Assembly: GCF_000142905.1 (NCBI RefSeq)
Contig: NW_013657659.1
Coordinates: forward strand, 151,487-215,486
Reading direction: 5' to 3'
DNA length: 64,000 nucleotides
Source: Thecamonas trahens ATCC 50062
Lineage: Eukaryota; Protista; Apusomonadida
In this document: positions 44,582 to 54,300 of the stretch, piece after piece
How positions within the stretch are numbered: the first letter of the stretch is position 1
Layout: each line of letters starts with the position of its first letter
Notes under the pieces: model-generated
Told to the model about the DNA's origin: nothing
The model's input: the letters and a program-made list of their open reading frames with translations, nothing else
Database searches by the model: none
Made by a program: the position numbers and the translations under genes

Positions 44582-44702
44582 TGGCGCGGTGACTCGGTGG
44601 CGCGGTGACTCGGTGGCGCGGTGACTCGGTGGCGCGGTGACTCGGTGGCGCGGTGACTCGGTGGCGCGGTGAGTCGGTGGCGCGCGGTGACTCGGTGGCG
44701 CG
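44582..44702 (+). repeat. 16-bp tandem repeat TGGCGCGGTGACTCGG x~7
   Basis: Five perfect copies followed by two variants; ends ~60 bp upstream of ATG 44761. Confidence 0.95.
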
Positions 44703-44760
44703 CTGGTTGGCTCGGCTCGCGCACCCTCTCCCTCCCCCGCCCACATTCCCCCTATTCTTC

Positions 44761-46410
44761 ATGTCCAGGGGCTACGCCCGACAGAGCCCGGGCCCCACCG
44801 CCACGTCCATGCGGGTCCGTCTGGAGGCTGCCGAGCGACGGCTTGGCGCTCAGGCCCGGGTCCTCGACAGGCTGGGCGAGGGAGCCGATGGGACGAGCGG
44901 ACGCGTGGCTGCCTTGGGCGAAGCTGTCGGTGCTCTGGAGGCTGCCGTCTGCGATGTTGATGGCAACGTGGCCGTGGCTCTTGATGCTCACGCCCAGCTC
45001 GAGTCTACTGTCCGCGCTCTGGCCGATCATGTGGCCGAGCTCAAGACCGCTGTCGTCGACGGCCTGGCCACCGCAGCCGATCCCGACGCTCGCGCTCATC
45101 GCCAGCAGCTGGAGAGCCAGCTCGCCGGCGTGCGTAACACCCTTGCAGAGGTGGCCGGCGCGACACGGACTTCGGTCCACTCGCTCGAGGCCACGCTCGA
45201 CGCCCGACGCAACGCCCTCGCCTCGGAGCTCCGCGCCGATCTCGCTGCCGTCCTGGCTGACCTCCGCCTCATGGTCACCTCGTCCATCGCCGATGCCGCC
45301 GAGCTGGCCGACACTCGCGACAATGCGCTGCGCGACCACGTCAACTCGCGGTGTGACGCGCTCCGTGCCGAGCTTGCCGCCGAGCTCCGTGAAGTGGTCG
45401 CCACAGCGGTTGCCGACGCGCTCGCGTCGCAGCCACCGCCGCCTCTGCCGCCGCCTCCCTCAAACTCTCCTGACGCGCTCGCCGAGCTGGATGAACGACT
45501 CTCGCGCGAGATAGCTGACGCTCGCGTCGAGCTCCGCACCTCGCTCGGCGACATGGAGGCGCGGCTGCGGGCCGCGCGCGAGGCCGACTTTCGGGCGGCG
45601 CTCGACGCAGCGCAGGGGGAGTTTTCCAAGCTTGCAGACGACATGGCCCAGCTAGCTGACGCTCAGGAGGCCAAGCGCGCGGCAGCTGAGGCCCAGACCT
45701 CTGCATTGCTGGCCCAGCTGGAGTCCCGGACCGCAGCCGTGGAGGCGCGAGTCGACGAGTCCCGGCCGGCGGCAGAGGCGCTTGACGACATCCGCGCCTC
45801 GGTCGCCTCGGTCACCGCCCACGTCGAGGGTGCTGTCTCTGCACTTTCCAACTCGGTGACGTCGGCGTACGAGCCGCTTCGCGCAAGGCTCAACGAGCTG
45901 ACGCAGGGTCACAACGCGGCGCTGCAGGCGGTCGAGGATCTCACCAGCCGGGTCGACGATGCAGGCGTGCGGGCCTCGGACGCCGCTGCCGACATGGACA
46001 AGCTGCGCGGAGTACTGGACGAGCTCCGCGCGGCAACTGCCAGCGAAATCGGCACGCTTGAGGCCAGGACCGCAACGTGCGAAGCCGCGCTCGACGAGCT
46101 TGTCGACGGTACGCTGCCCGCCATTTCGGGCGCCGCAAGCGAGGCTGCTGAAGCCGCCGCGACGCGCGAGGCCGCCGCTCGCGACGTGCTTGCCACAGAG
46201 CTCCACGCTACGCTGCGCGCGCTCGCGGAGCGGGTCCAGCAGAACACAGAGAGTGCAGTGCGCACCGAGGCGAGTGCCGATGCGCTCGAGGCCTCGCTCC
46301 GGGTCGCCGACGCCAACTTTAAGCGGTCGATGGACAAGGTGACCGGGACTGTCAACGCCCTCGTGGCCTCGGTCAACACGGTGCAGGACATGGTGTTCGG
46401 CTCGGTGTGA
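44761..46410 (+). CDS. Ala-rich coiled-coil hypothetical protein
   Basis: 549-aa helical heptad-rich ORF from ATG 44761; no family recognised. Confidence 0.75.
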   Translation: MSRGYARQSPGPTATSMRVRLEAAERRLGAQARVLDRLGEGADGTSGRVAALGEAVGALEAAVCDVDGNVAVALDAHAQLESTVRALADHVAELKTAVVDGLATAADPDARAHRQQLESQLAGVRNTLAEVAGATRTSVHSLEATLDARRNALASELRADLAAVLADLRLMVTSSIADAAELADTRDNALRDHVNSRCDALRAELAAELREVVATAVADALASQPPPPLPPPPSNSPDALAELDERLSREIADARVELRTSLGDMEARLRAAREADFRAALDAAQGEFSKLADDMAQLADAQEAKRAAAEAQTSALLAQLESRTAAVEARVDESRPAAEALDDIRASVASVTAHVEGAVSALSNSVTSAYEPLRARLNELTQGHNAALQAVEDLTSRVDDAGVRASDAAADMDKLRGVLDELRAATASEIGTLEARTATCEAALDELVDGTLPAISGAASEAAEAAATREAAARDVLATELHATLRALAERVQQNTESAVRTEASADALEASLRVADANFKRSMDKVTGTVNALVASVNTVQDMVFGSV

Positions 46411-46465
46411 CAGTGTTCTCATGATGTTTAGCTCCGGCATGTGGCGCGCGGCTGCGCCGACACCA

Positions 46466-48178
46466 TCACCGCCACACACCACGCCGCGGCATAAAGTAGG
46501 TCGGCGGTGACGACGACATCGGGCCGGGGGACGTCGAGTACGACGGTGAGATTGAGCTCGCGGGCGATGGTGAGGTCGAAAGCGATGGCGCCGCCGGGCT
46601 GAACTCGTGTGGTGAGACAGCGAGCGACGGGACTGACCGCTGGAAGCCGAGCTGCTCGTGGGCGGCAAAGTACTTGGCCGGTGGCGGCCGCTCCGGCTCG
46701 GCTGACGGCGGCGAGGTGACGAGCATGGCGGGCGTGCGGGCGGCGGCGACGTCGCTCGGCGACGCCCCCATTCGCGCCATGCCCCACGGCGACGCCGCCG
46801 CGCCCGGAATCGGGCCCCACGACACGTCGCTGGCACTGTAGCTCGCCGGCTCAACCTCGTCGAGCACCATTGTCGCCTTGCGGGTAGCGACTGCGTCAGG
46901 CTCGGGAACGACAACCCGGGCGACGACCGCACACGTGTCGTCGACCTTGCCGCCGCGCGCCATTCGGCCGTGCCGTGCGGCGTCGCGCGCCCACGGCGAC
47001 GGCTTGGAGGACGTTGCATTGGCGCACGCCAGCTCGACAAGCGTGTTGGCAATGTGCCGCGGATCGTGCTCGGCGAGCGCAGAGATGACCCGCTCTAGCT
47101 CGACGTCAAAGACATTGTCAAATACGCCGTCAGTGGCGACCACCACCAGATCGCCCTCAGCTACTTTGGTCGACGCCACCGCCGCGTCGGCCGGCGTGTC
47201 CGACGACGCCGTGCCCAGTGTCGCCGGGCAGTTGAACGAGTGCTGCCGCGTCTCGCCCGACTGCACGATCGAGTACACTCGCGCGCCCGGCCGCCGCCGC
47301 AGAATACGGAACGACGAGTCGCCAATGTTGGCCGAGGTCAGCTTGTCACCGACAAGAGAGATGACGCATACCGTCGCCGAGCCAATGAGTTCCTTGGACG
47401 TCCTGGCCGCAGCCTCGAGCACAATCCGCGACGCTGGCTTGGCAAACCCGTCCGGCGCAATCCGCACGTTGGCCGCCTCCTCGGCCGCCTCCATTATCGA
47501 GCGGGCGAAGAGGCCGGCATCGGCGCCGGGCACATTGGCCCATGCCGAGACCCCGTCGGCAACACCAAGCGCTGACCCGTCGTCCGCCACAAACCAAGCG
47601 TCCTCGCCGCCCTTGTACGCCTTGGCCGGATGCGGGATGTACGCGGCGCCGGCGTCAAAGACTAGCGCAAACGCCGCCTCACTGCCTTCGGCCAGCTCCA
47701 GGTCGTGGACCGCCTTGTTCGCTACCTCCAACGCTTCAGCGAGATGGGCAGCGACCGCGGCGTCGTCGACGATGGGTGCCACAGCCTCGGCCTGTGCAGC
47801 CTCCTCGGGCACTTGCGCGAGCACGCCACCCGTACTTGCCCGTCGCCCGCCAGGAAACCGTCGCCCACCGCCTCCGTCGACCACGCTCGGTGATGAGCTC
47901 GATACAAAGGCGGCGGCGGAAGCCAATGTGGGCGGTGATGGCGTTGTTCGCTGGCGAAGGACGGCCCAGGAGCGGGCGTCGGGCGGCGAGGCGACCAAGG
48001 CCATCGCTCGGTACGCCTGCGGCTGCTGGATCTGCGGCTGCTGCGGGAACGGCTGGCTGCTTCTGCTCGGCCCGGTGCCTCTCCTTCCGTTCCTACTGCT
48101 GGCAATGGGCATGGGTGTCGAGCCCGTTGTCCCCGCGTTGCCCGTGCCGGTCCACCCGGTGCTCCGTTGCCTGCGCAT
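46466..48178 (-). CDS. PP2C-family phosphatase, PTC7/PPTC7-like
   Basis: IPHPAKAYKGGEDAWF, LGVADGVSAW, GSATVC, ANIGDSSF, QHSFNCP, VVATDGVFDNVF, GGKVDDTCAVV. Start taken as ATG 48178 (uncertain). Confidence 0.92.
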   Translation of the reverse strand: MRRQRSTGWTGTGNAGTTGSTPMPIASSRNGRRGTGPSRSSQPFPQQPQIQQPQAYRAMALVASPPDARSWAVLRQRTTPSPPTLASAAAFVSSSSPSVVDGGGGRRFPGGRRASTGGVLAQVPEEAAQAEAVAPIVDDAAVAAHLAEALEVANKAVHDLELAEGSEAAFALVFDAGAAYIPHPAKAYKGGEDAWFVADDGSALGVADGVSAWANVPGADAGLFARSIMEAAEEAANVRIAPDGFAKPASRIVLEAAARTSKELIGSATVCVISLVGDKLTSANIGDSSFRILRRRPGARVYSIVQSGETRQHSFNCPATLGTASSDTPADAAVASTKVAEGDLVVVATDGVFDNVFDVELERVISALAEHDPRHIANTLVELACANATSSKPSPWARDAARHGRMARGGKVDDTCAVVARVVVPEPDAVATRKATMVLDEVEPASYSASDVSWGPIPGAAASPWGMARMGASPSDVAAARTPAMLVTSPPSAEPERPPPAKYFAAHEQLGFQRSVPSLAVSPHEFSPAAPSLSTSPSPASSISPSYSTSPGPMSSSPPTYFMPRRGVWR

Positions 48179-48637
48179 GCTTCCTCTGCCGCACTTTGGA
48201 CGCTGGCGCGGTTGGTTGGTGAAGGGGGGGAGGGGGGGCACACTATATGTTTGTGTGTGTGTGTGCGTGTGTATGGGCGCGTTCGTGTGTGTATGTGGTG
48301 ATGTGTGCGTGTGTAGCTCTATCGTCGCGACCCGCCTTGTAGCCCTATCCCCCTTCTGCCCCACTTCGTCCTTGACAAGGTACGTTCGCATGGAAGGAAT
48401 AAAAACCCACGCGGGAAGGAACCCCCGAACCCGACACAAATCACAATAGAAACAAAATTTTCCACCCCACCCCCCACCCCCCACCCCTTGGATTCTCGGT
48501 AAACCCACTACCTGTCAAATAACCGTAATGTTGGCACTGCTGCCGCTGCGCTTGTCCGTTATCGTCGGTGCTCTCGTCCTCTACTCCTCCTCCTCCCTCA
48601 CCAACACTCCACCTCGCCCCTCCCACACACACACAAT

Positions 48638-49402
48638 ATGACGACATACTCTTGTGGAACACTTACAGGAAACTGGTACGAGGACAGGCTGCACGACGAC
48701 CCTGTGGGGCGCTCGAAGCGGGCGCCGTTGCCCTCGGTCCCCTACACCCGGGCCCACCCCAAGCCACCGCCGCCGACACTCTCGCTGCCCGACGGGGGCT
48801 TCCGGGAGTACACCTCGACGTCAGCTTCTACATACACAGCAGATGTCCATGTCAATGTCACCCGGGGCCCAGTGAGGGTTGCTACCGGTCGTCCATTCGT
48901 CGAGGCCGACGCCGTCCTCCGCCATCTCGAGCTTCGCCGCGCCGCAGAGGCTGCCGAGGTCACCGCGCCGCTCGGCGATCTGCCGTCGGCGCCGGTCGAT
49001 GCCACTGCGGCCGAAGCCAATGAGGACCGCTGGATTTCTTCCTCGCACGCAGCCCATGGCGGTGCTGCGGGGCTTGCCGCCTCGCACGTCGCCTTCCGCC
49101 CAGCGCTGCGCGTCCGCGATCCCTACGCCACCCGCAACCCACTGGCGACCGACGACGCCGTTGCGGGAACGGTCATCGTCGAGGGCGGCGAGCGGATTCG
49201 CGGCAAGAAGCATGTGTTCGATGGCAACCCAGCCGCGCCTGAGCCTGTCGGCATGCGCTCGGTCGTCGTTCGTGACGCCCGCGTTGCTTGCGGCACCGTC
49301 CCGTACCCAAAGCCCACTGCCGCCATCATGGAACGGCTTCCCGAGGAGCAGTACCACAAGGACAAGATTAGCACGTGGATGGACTATGAGGGCAATGTCT
49401 AA
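48638..49402 (+). CDS. Putative ciliary microtubule inner protein with N-terminal NWE motif
   Basis: MTTYSCGTLTGNWYEDRL matches the NWE motif of the CFAP68/95/107/161-type MIPs; the rest is unstructured. Confidence 0.6.
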   Translation: MTTYSCGTLTGNWYEDRLHDDPVGRSKRAPLPSVPYTRAHPKPPPPTLSLPDGGFREYTSTSASTYTADVHVNVTRGPVRVATGRPFVEADAVLRHLELRRAAEAAEVTAPLGDLPSAPVDATAAEANEDRWISSSHAAHGGAAGLAASHVAFRPALRVRDPYATRNPLATDDAVAGTVIVEGGERIRGKKHVFDGNPAAPEPVGMRSVVVRDARVACGTVPYPKPTAAIMERLPEEQYHKDKISTWMDYEGNV

Positions 49403-49455
49403 CGCTGCCGGGATGCGATAAACGAGCCGGTCTGTCCGACAAAGCCATGCATGAT

Positions 49456-51066
49456 TTAATGATGGTCAGCCTCGTTGTCGTCGATCTTGACGCCAATCGC
49501 AAAGTGTGCCGCAACCAGAGGGGACGAGTACTGGCTGTCGTCGTCTCTTCCGCCGTTGCGGCTGCCACCCCGCCGCGGCGCCGCGGGGTACACCACCAGC
49601 GCGACGTGCGGCTCCGACGGCGGCGCAACCGCCGCAAACGCCGGAGTGTTAGGCAGAGCCATGCCCGGACGCCAGGTCTGCAGCGGGCCGTTGCGCCCGC
49701 TCCGCCGCGGCGCAGGAATCGCGGACCGCGTCAGCGTGCCCACCACGCGTGCCGACGCCATATCGCGGTCCAGGTGCGCACCGCTCGCCGCGCTTCTGCC
49801 GCGGCGGGAAGCTGCACCGGAATGGCTACTTGCCTGCCCCGAGCCCGTCGCCAGTGGTGCCTCTTCGTACGGCGCAAAGTTGCGAAGCCGCAGCACGTAG
49901 CCGAGGAAGCAGTAGAGGCCAAGTTCTAGAAGTTCGGCAAGGAGCGCGGTGATCCACGGGTAGTGGGAAAAAGCAAAGACGGCGACGATCGAGACAAGGA
50001 CCCGGGCAACAATAAAGTACACCAGAGCCGACTGAAGCCAGCGGAACATGAGGAGCTTGTGGTTAATGGGCGTGGTTATCGGGTCGATGTTGCCCGACTC
50101 GACCGTCAGCAGCTGGAGCCGGACCGTGCGGATGTTGTCCGCGAGCGCCGAAAATGCAGCCCGCAGCAGCATGACGTACACAATGACCACGATAAACAAG
50201 TAGTACGAGTGCGAGTACGTGTCAAACACCGTGGTCGCCGCGAGAATGGCGGTGCATGCCCAGAGCATCCGCTGCATCGGCTGCGGTAGCGCTGCAAGCG
50301 TGATGCACCAGCCCATGGCATAGAGGAGCACCAGCGCGAGGAAGAGGCAGCGGCACGCCACCAGCGCCGCATAGTACACCAAGTCCAATCGCGTCTCGGT
50401 CACCCCAAACCGCGACAAATGCGTCCAGTACCACGCTGCCACCAACGCCCACACAATCTTGGCCGCACCGAGCGCACCCACCACCGAGTTGAGCCCAATC
50501 GGCCGGTTCCAGTGCACGATGCGGTTGCCAGCCCACGCCACAAACGCCACGCACCACACCGCTGCCATCCATGTGTACATGCTCGGCATGGGTATGTAGC
50601 CAAACGAGAGGTGCTCGCCGCCCGGATTGACAAACACATACGCAAAGTGGACCGACGCCGATGACGCCTCGCAGTTGCCCAGTAGCGCATAGTACACATT
50701 CTTCTCAGTCATCACCATGTCCATCGCATATGATCCGTTGGCCACCGGCGCGTTGATGGTGCACTGCACCTCATCGCCGCCGTCGCAGAGTGCGCCGACC
50801 GAGCCAAACTCGCGGTTGATGCGAGCCACTTGCTGGTCGGTGCAGAAGAGGAACCGCAGGCCATGCGCCTCGTTTGCAGAGTATGTCAGCCATAGCTGAG
50901 CCCGTCCACCAGCCAGAAAGCCAAACGGTTCCGAGTTGCGGTTGAGTTCCACGAATCGACGCGGCGAAAGCTGGACCGACCGAGCCTCGCGCTCGCCAGC
51001 CACTCCGCCCACCACCACCACCGCCACCACCGCCACCACCGCAACCACCCACACGTCCCACCGCAT
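49456..51066 (-). CDS. GOST-family (GPR107/GPR108/TMEM87/GPR180-like) 7TM protein
   Basis: Signal peptide, FGFLAGG, YVFVNPGGEHLSFGYIPMPSMY, LLYAMGWCIT, seven hydrophobic segments. Confidence 0.82.
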   Translation of the reverse strand: MRWDVWVVAVVAVVAVVVVGGVAGEREARSVQLSPRRFVELNRNSEPFGFLAGGRAQLWLTYSANEAHGLRFLFCTDQQVARINREFGSVGALCDGGDEVQCTINAPVANGSYAMDMVMTEKNVYYALLGNCEASSASVHFAYVFVNPGGEHLSFGYIPMPSMYTWMAAVWCVAFVAWAGNRIVHWNRPIGLNSVVGALGAAKIVWALVAAWYWTHLSRFGVTETRLDLVYYAALVACRCLFLALVLLYAMGWCITLAALPQPMQRMLWACTAILAATTVFDTYSHSYYLFIVVIVYVMLLRAAFSALADNIRTVRLQLLTVESGNIDPITTPINHKLLMFRWLQSALVYFIVARVLVSIVAVFAFSHYPWITALLAELLELGLYCFLGYVLRLRNFAPYEEAPLATGSGQASSHSGAASRRGRSAASGAHLDRDMASARVVGTLTRSAIPAPRRSGRNGPLQTWRPGMALPNTPAFAAVAPPSEPHVALVVYPAAPRRGGSRNGGRDDDSQYSSPLVAAHFAIGVKIDDNEADHH

Positions 51067-51359
51067 CACACGCCGTGTCCTTGCTCGCTCGCTCCTTGCT
51101 CGTACTTGCTGCCAGTGGCGCCTATCTCCCCCCCGTCTCGTGCGCCTGCGTCAAGTGTGCTCCCCGAGAGGACGCCTACATTCCCTGTCGCCTTTGGTCG
51201 TCATGGCGACGCGTTCCGTGGTCGCTGTTGGGTATTGGTGATGGAAACCGGGATTGAATGGAACGCAGCCGCCGCCGCCGCCCACGGCATGTTGACGACG
51301 GTCACGTGCGCATGCGCGTGCGCGGGTGCTGCTTTTATCACAACTTTGGGCACTTTCGA

Positions 51360-54300
51360 TTAGCTCGAGGCTGTACTCGAGGATGTGCTCGAGGATGTGC
51401 TCGCGGATGTGCTGCTCGCTGCGGCTCCAGGCTGACCAGAGGGCGTGTCGAGCGGGAGGAGCGCGACGGAGAAGGCCGACGAGGCCGGGACGAGATCGAC
51501 GGTCGACCCGGAAGGTGCGAGGGCACGGGTTGGGCTCGCCTCCTCGCGGATCGACCACACTCGCTCGAGCGCGGTCTGGTCGACCCAGTCGGCGCCCTCC
51601 TTGTCGAGCATGGACCAGAACCGGGTCTGCGCCAGATCGACCGCCTCGCGTTGCCGCCGCCCCAGCAGCTCGCGGACGAGTCCGAACAGGAGCGCAAGGC
51701 AGCCGAGCACAACCATGATGATCGAGAAGACCATGAGCACATCGCGCGAGGTGGCCGACGGGAATCGGTCGGCATAAAACGCAAAACCGAGAAGGAGGAG
51801 CGTTGAGAGCACGAGGTCGATCTGGATCGAGACGACGTTGTAGACCGGGAGGTAGTACGGCTCCCACCGGACCTCCACAAAGGCAAAACCGAGAAAGACA
51901 ACAAGCAGGCCGCCCACGAGCCAGAGCTGCAGGTCCGAGAAGAAGAGCGAGACAACCACAATGAGCAGCCGCTTGCCCAGCAGCACAATTTCCATGTAGA
52001 AGAACCGCCGCTTGTAGAGCTTGTACAGCGAGCCGTACCGCGCGAGTACGGTCTCATCGGTGAAGAGCCCGTCGCGCTGAGTGTAAAGCACGTACGCCAT
52101 GTACGCCGGAACCGCCACCACGTACAAAAGTACGCCAAGGATGCCGGCTGGGAGCAGCGACCACCATCCGTCGACGTAGCACCGCTCACCCAGGTCGGCG
52201 TCGAGGTGAAAGTCGCCGTTCGGGAGCTGCGTGCAGTCAAAGAGAATGAGCGCAGATCGAGAGAGCGGGATGTACGCCAGCGGGCCGAGGGTGAAGAGTA
52301 CGCCTTCGAGCAGTCGCGAGAGGGGCAGCGTCGTCCCGTCGTCGGCTCGCCCCACCCCGAGCAGCCGCAGCACAAACCAACAGAGAACAAGAACCACAAT
52401 CATGACCAGCGGCCACACAAGGCCGAGGTAGTACTTGGCCGCAAACGTGGTGAGCGTGCACTCGGTCGCAAAAAGCGACATGTCCATGTTGAGCGCATTA
52501 AACGCAGAGAGCGAGTCGCGCGTCTGCGACGGCCAGCTCAGCTGGACTGTGCCCAGCACGCCCAAAATCTGCAGAAAGAGCAGGCCCATCGAGAGCGAGT
52601 ACGGCACTGACCGGGAACGATCGGTCCGCGCGTCGCGCTTCTCCTCAAACTCGGCCTCCCCCCCGCTCTCGCCATCACGCACCGTGCCCTTCCCGCCCAG
52701 GCCCTTGACTCGGACCAGCGCCGCGCCCGACTTGCGGTGGCCGATCGCAAGGTAGCCCGCAAAGCAAAAGGCAACGACAAAGACTGCGACGCAGACAAAG
52801 CCAAACAGGCCGCCGGAGCCGGCAGGGCACTTTTGGCACCGCCGCGACGGGTCGGAGTAGTAGCCGTCGAGACAGCGGGTACACATGTACCCGCTGTATC
52901 CATTGTTGCACACTTCGGTGCCACCCGAGCACGCTGACGGTCTCCGGCACGCCGCAAACGCCGCGCTCCCGCCCGGATTCGTCACGTCGTAGAAGCCATC
53001 GCTAGCTACCGGCGCCGCCGTTCCGCCGGCGCACACGCCGCCATCCGGGCATGGCAAGCAGCGCGTGTCCGGCAGCGCGTCCGGTGTGTAGAACGTCGCC
53101 TGGCAAACACAAGCCTCGGTCGCGTTGTCTCGCCCCACCGAGACCTGGACCTGGTTTGCATCGCACGTCACGCACACGCCGCCACGGAGGAAGAATCCCT
53201 CCGAGCACACAAGCTCCGGCTCACACGGTGCGAGCGAGATGTTGGCCGAAAGCGTGCCCTCCTGGCACACACCGCACACCACGGCGTCTTCCGGCCGCGA
53301 GACCCGACCCGACCCGACTGGACACGCCGTGACAAGGACCTGGAGCGAGCCGGAGAGGTTAGTGTCCGACTCGATCTTAGCCGTCAGCTCAACTGCCACA
53401 GAGCCCGAGTAGTCGGCACCGAAAACCTGTGCGCCGGCTCCGAGCGACACCAGGGAGACCGCCGCCTCGGGGAACGCCACCCGCTCGCGCGAGAAGAATG
53501 CCCGCGGATCGCCGCCGCCCAGCTGGAAGCCAGCAGCCGCCGTCGCCGGCGCCAGCGTCACCTCAAGCACCAGCGACTTGTCGATGACGGGCGAGCCCAG
53601 CGCGTCATAGCCACGGAACGCCAGATCCTGCCCCACAGGCACACCGCTTGGCTTGGAGAGTACGGCTGTGGTCGACGCAGACTCGACCCGAGCCAGCGGC
53701 GTGCCCATGACGCGACCGTAGAGCGCGGCAAGACTCCCGTCGCCAACCATGCTCGCCATGCCCGCGTCGAGGCCGAGCCAAGGCAGGCCCGCAAACGACG
53801 GCGTTGAAACCGACCACGAGCTCGCGCTGGCGTCGTCGCTTGCCGCGGAGCAGGCAAATGCAAAGCCGCCACCAATCTCTGCGCGAGACGACAGCTGTGT
53901 CGATGGCACAGCTGCCATGCTGGCAGCCACAGGCACGCCGCAGGTGAAAAGCGTGCCACCGTAGGCGGCAGCGTTGTCGACAAACACGGCGTCGGTCAGC
54001 TTGATGGCGTGAACAGCGGGCCGGGTGAGCGCGCTGGGTCTCCCACTTGCAGCACGGCTCAGCTCACCTGCCGACCGCGGCAAGTTGGCAGTGACCGAGG
54101 CGGCGTCGGTGAACGCGGCTAGTGCCCCACCCCACCTCGCGGTGTTGCGGGCGAGCGTGGTCCGGGCGAGAACGACAAGCTCCGAGGAGAGCCCTGAGCC
54201 ACCGTCGGCGGCTCGAAGCGCAACTGCACCGCCACCACCGCTTCCGCCATCGGCAGTGTTGTCAGATATGTCCGAGTCGTAGACCCGGAGAGCGGCACGG

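Noticed and set aside
44582-44702. CRISPR-like array
   Set aside because: The repeats are contiguous with no spacers, there are no cas genes, and the context is eukaryotic.
48179-48508. N-terminal 110 aa of the PP2C ORF
   Set aside because: It translates (CA)n and low-complexity DNA, more likely 5' UTR or intron.
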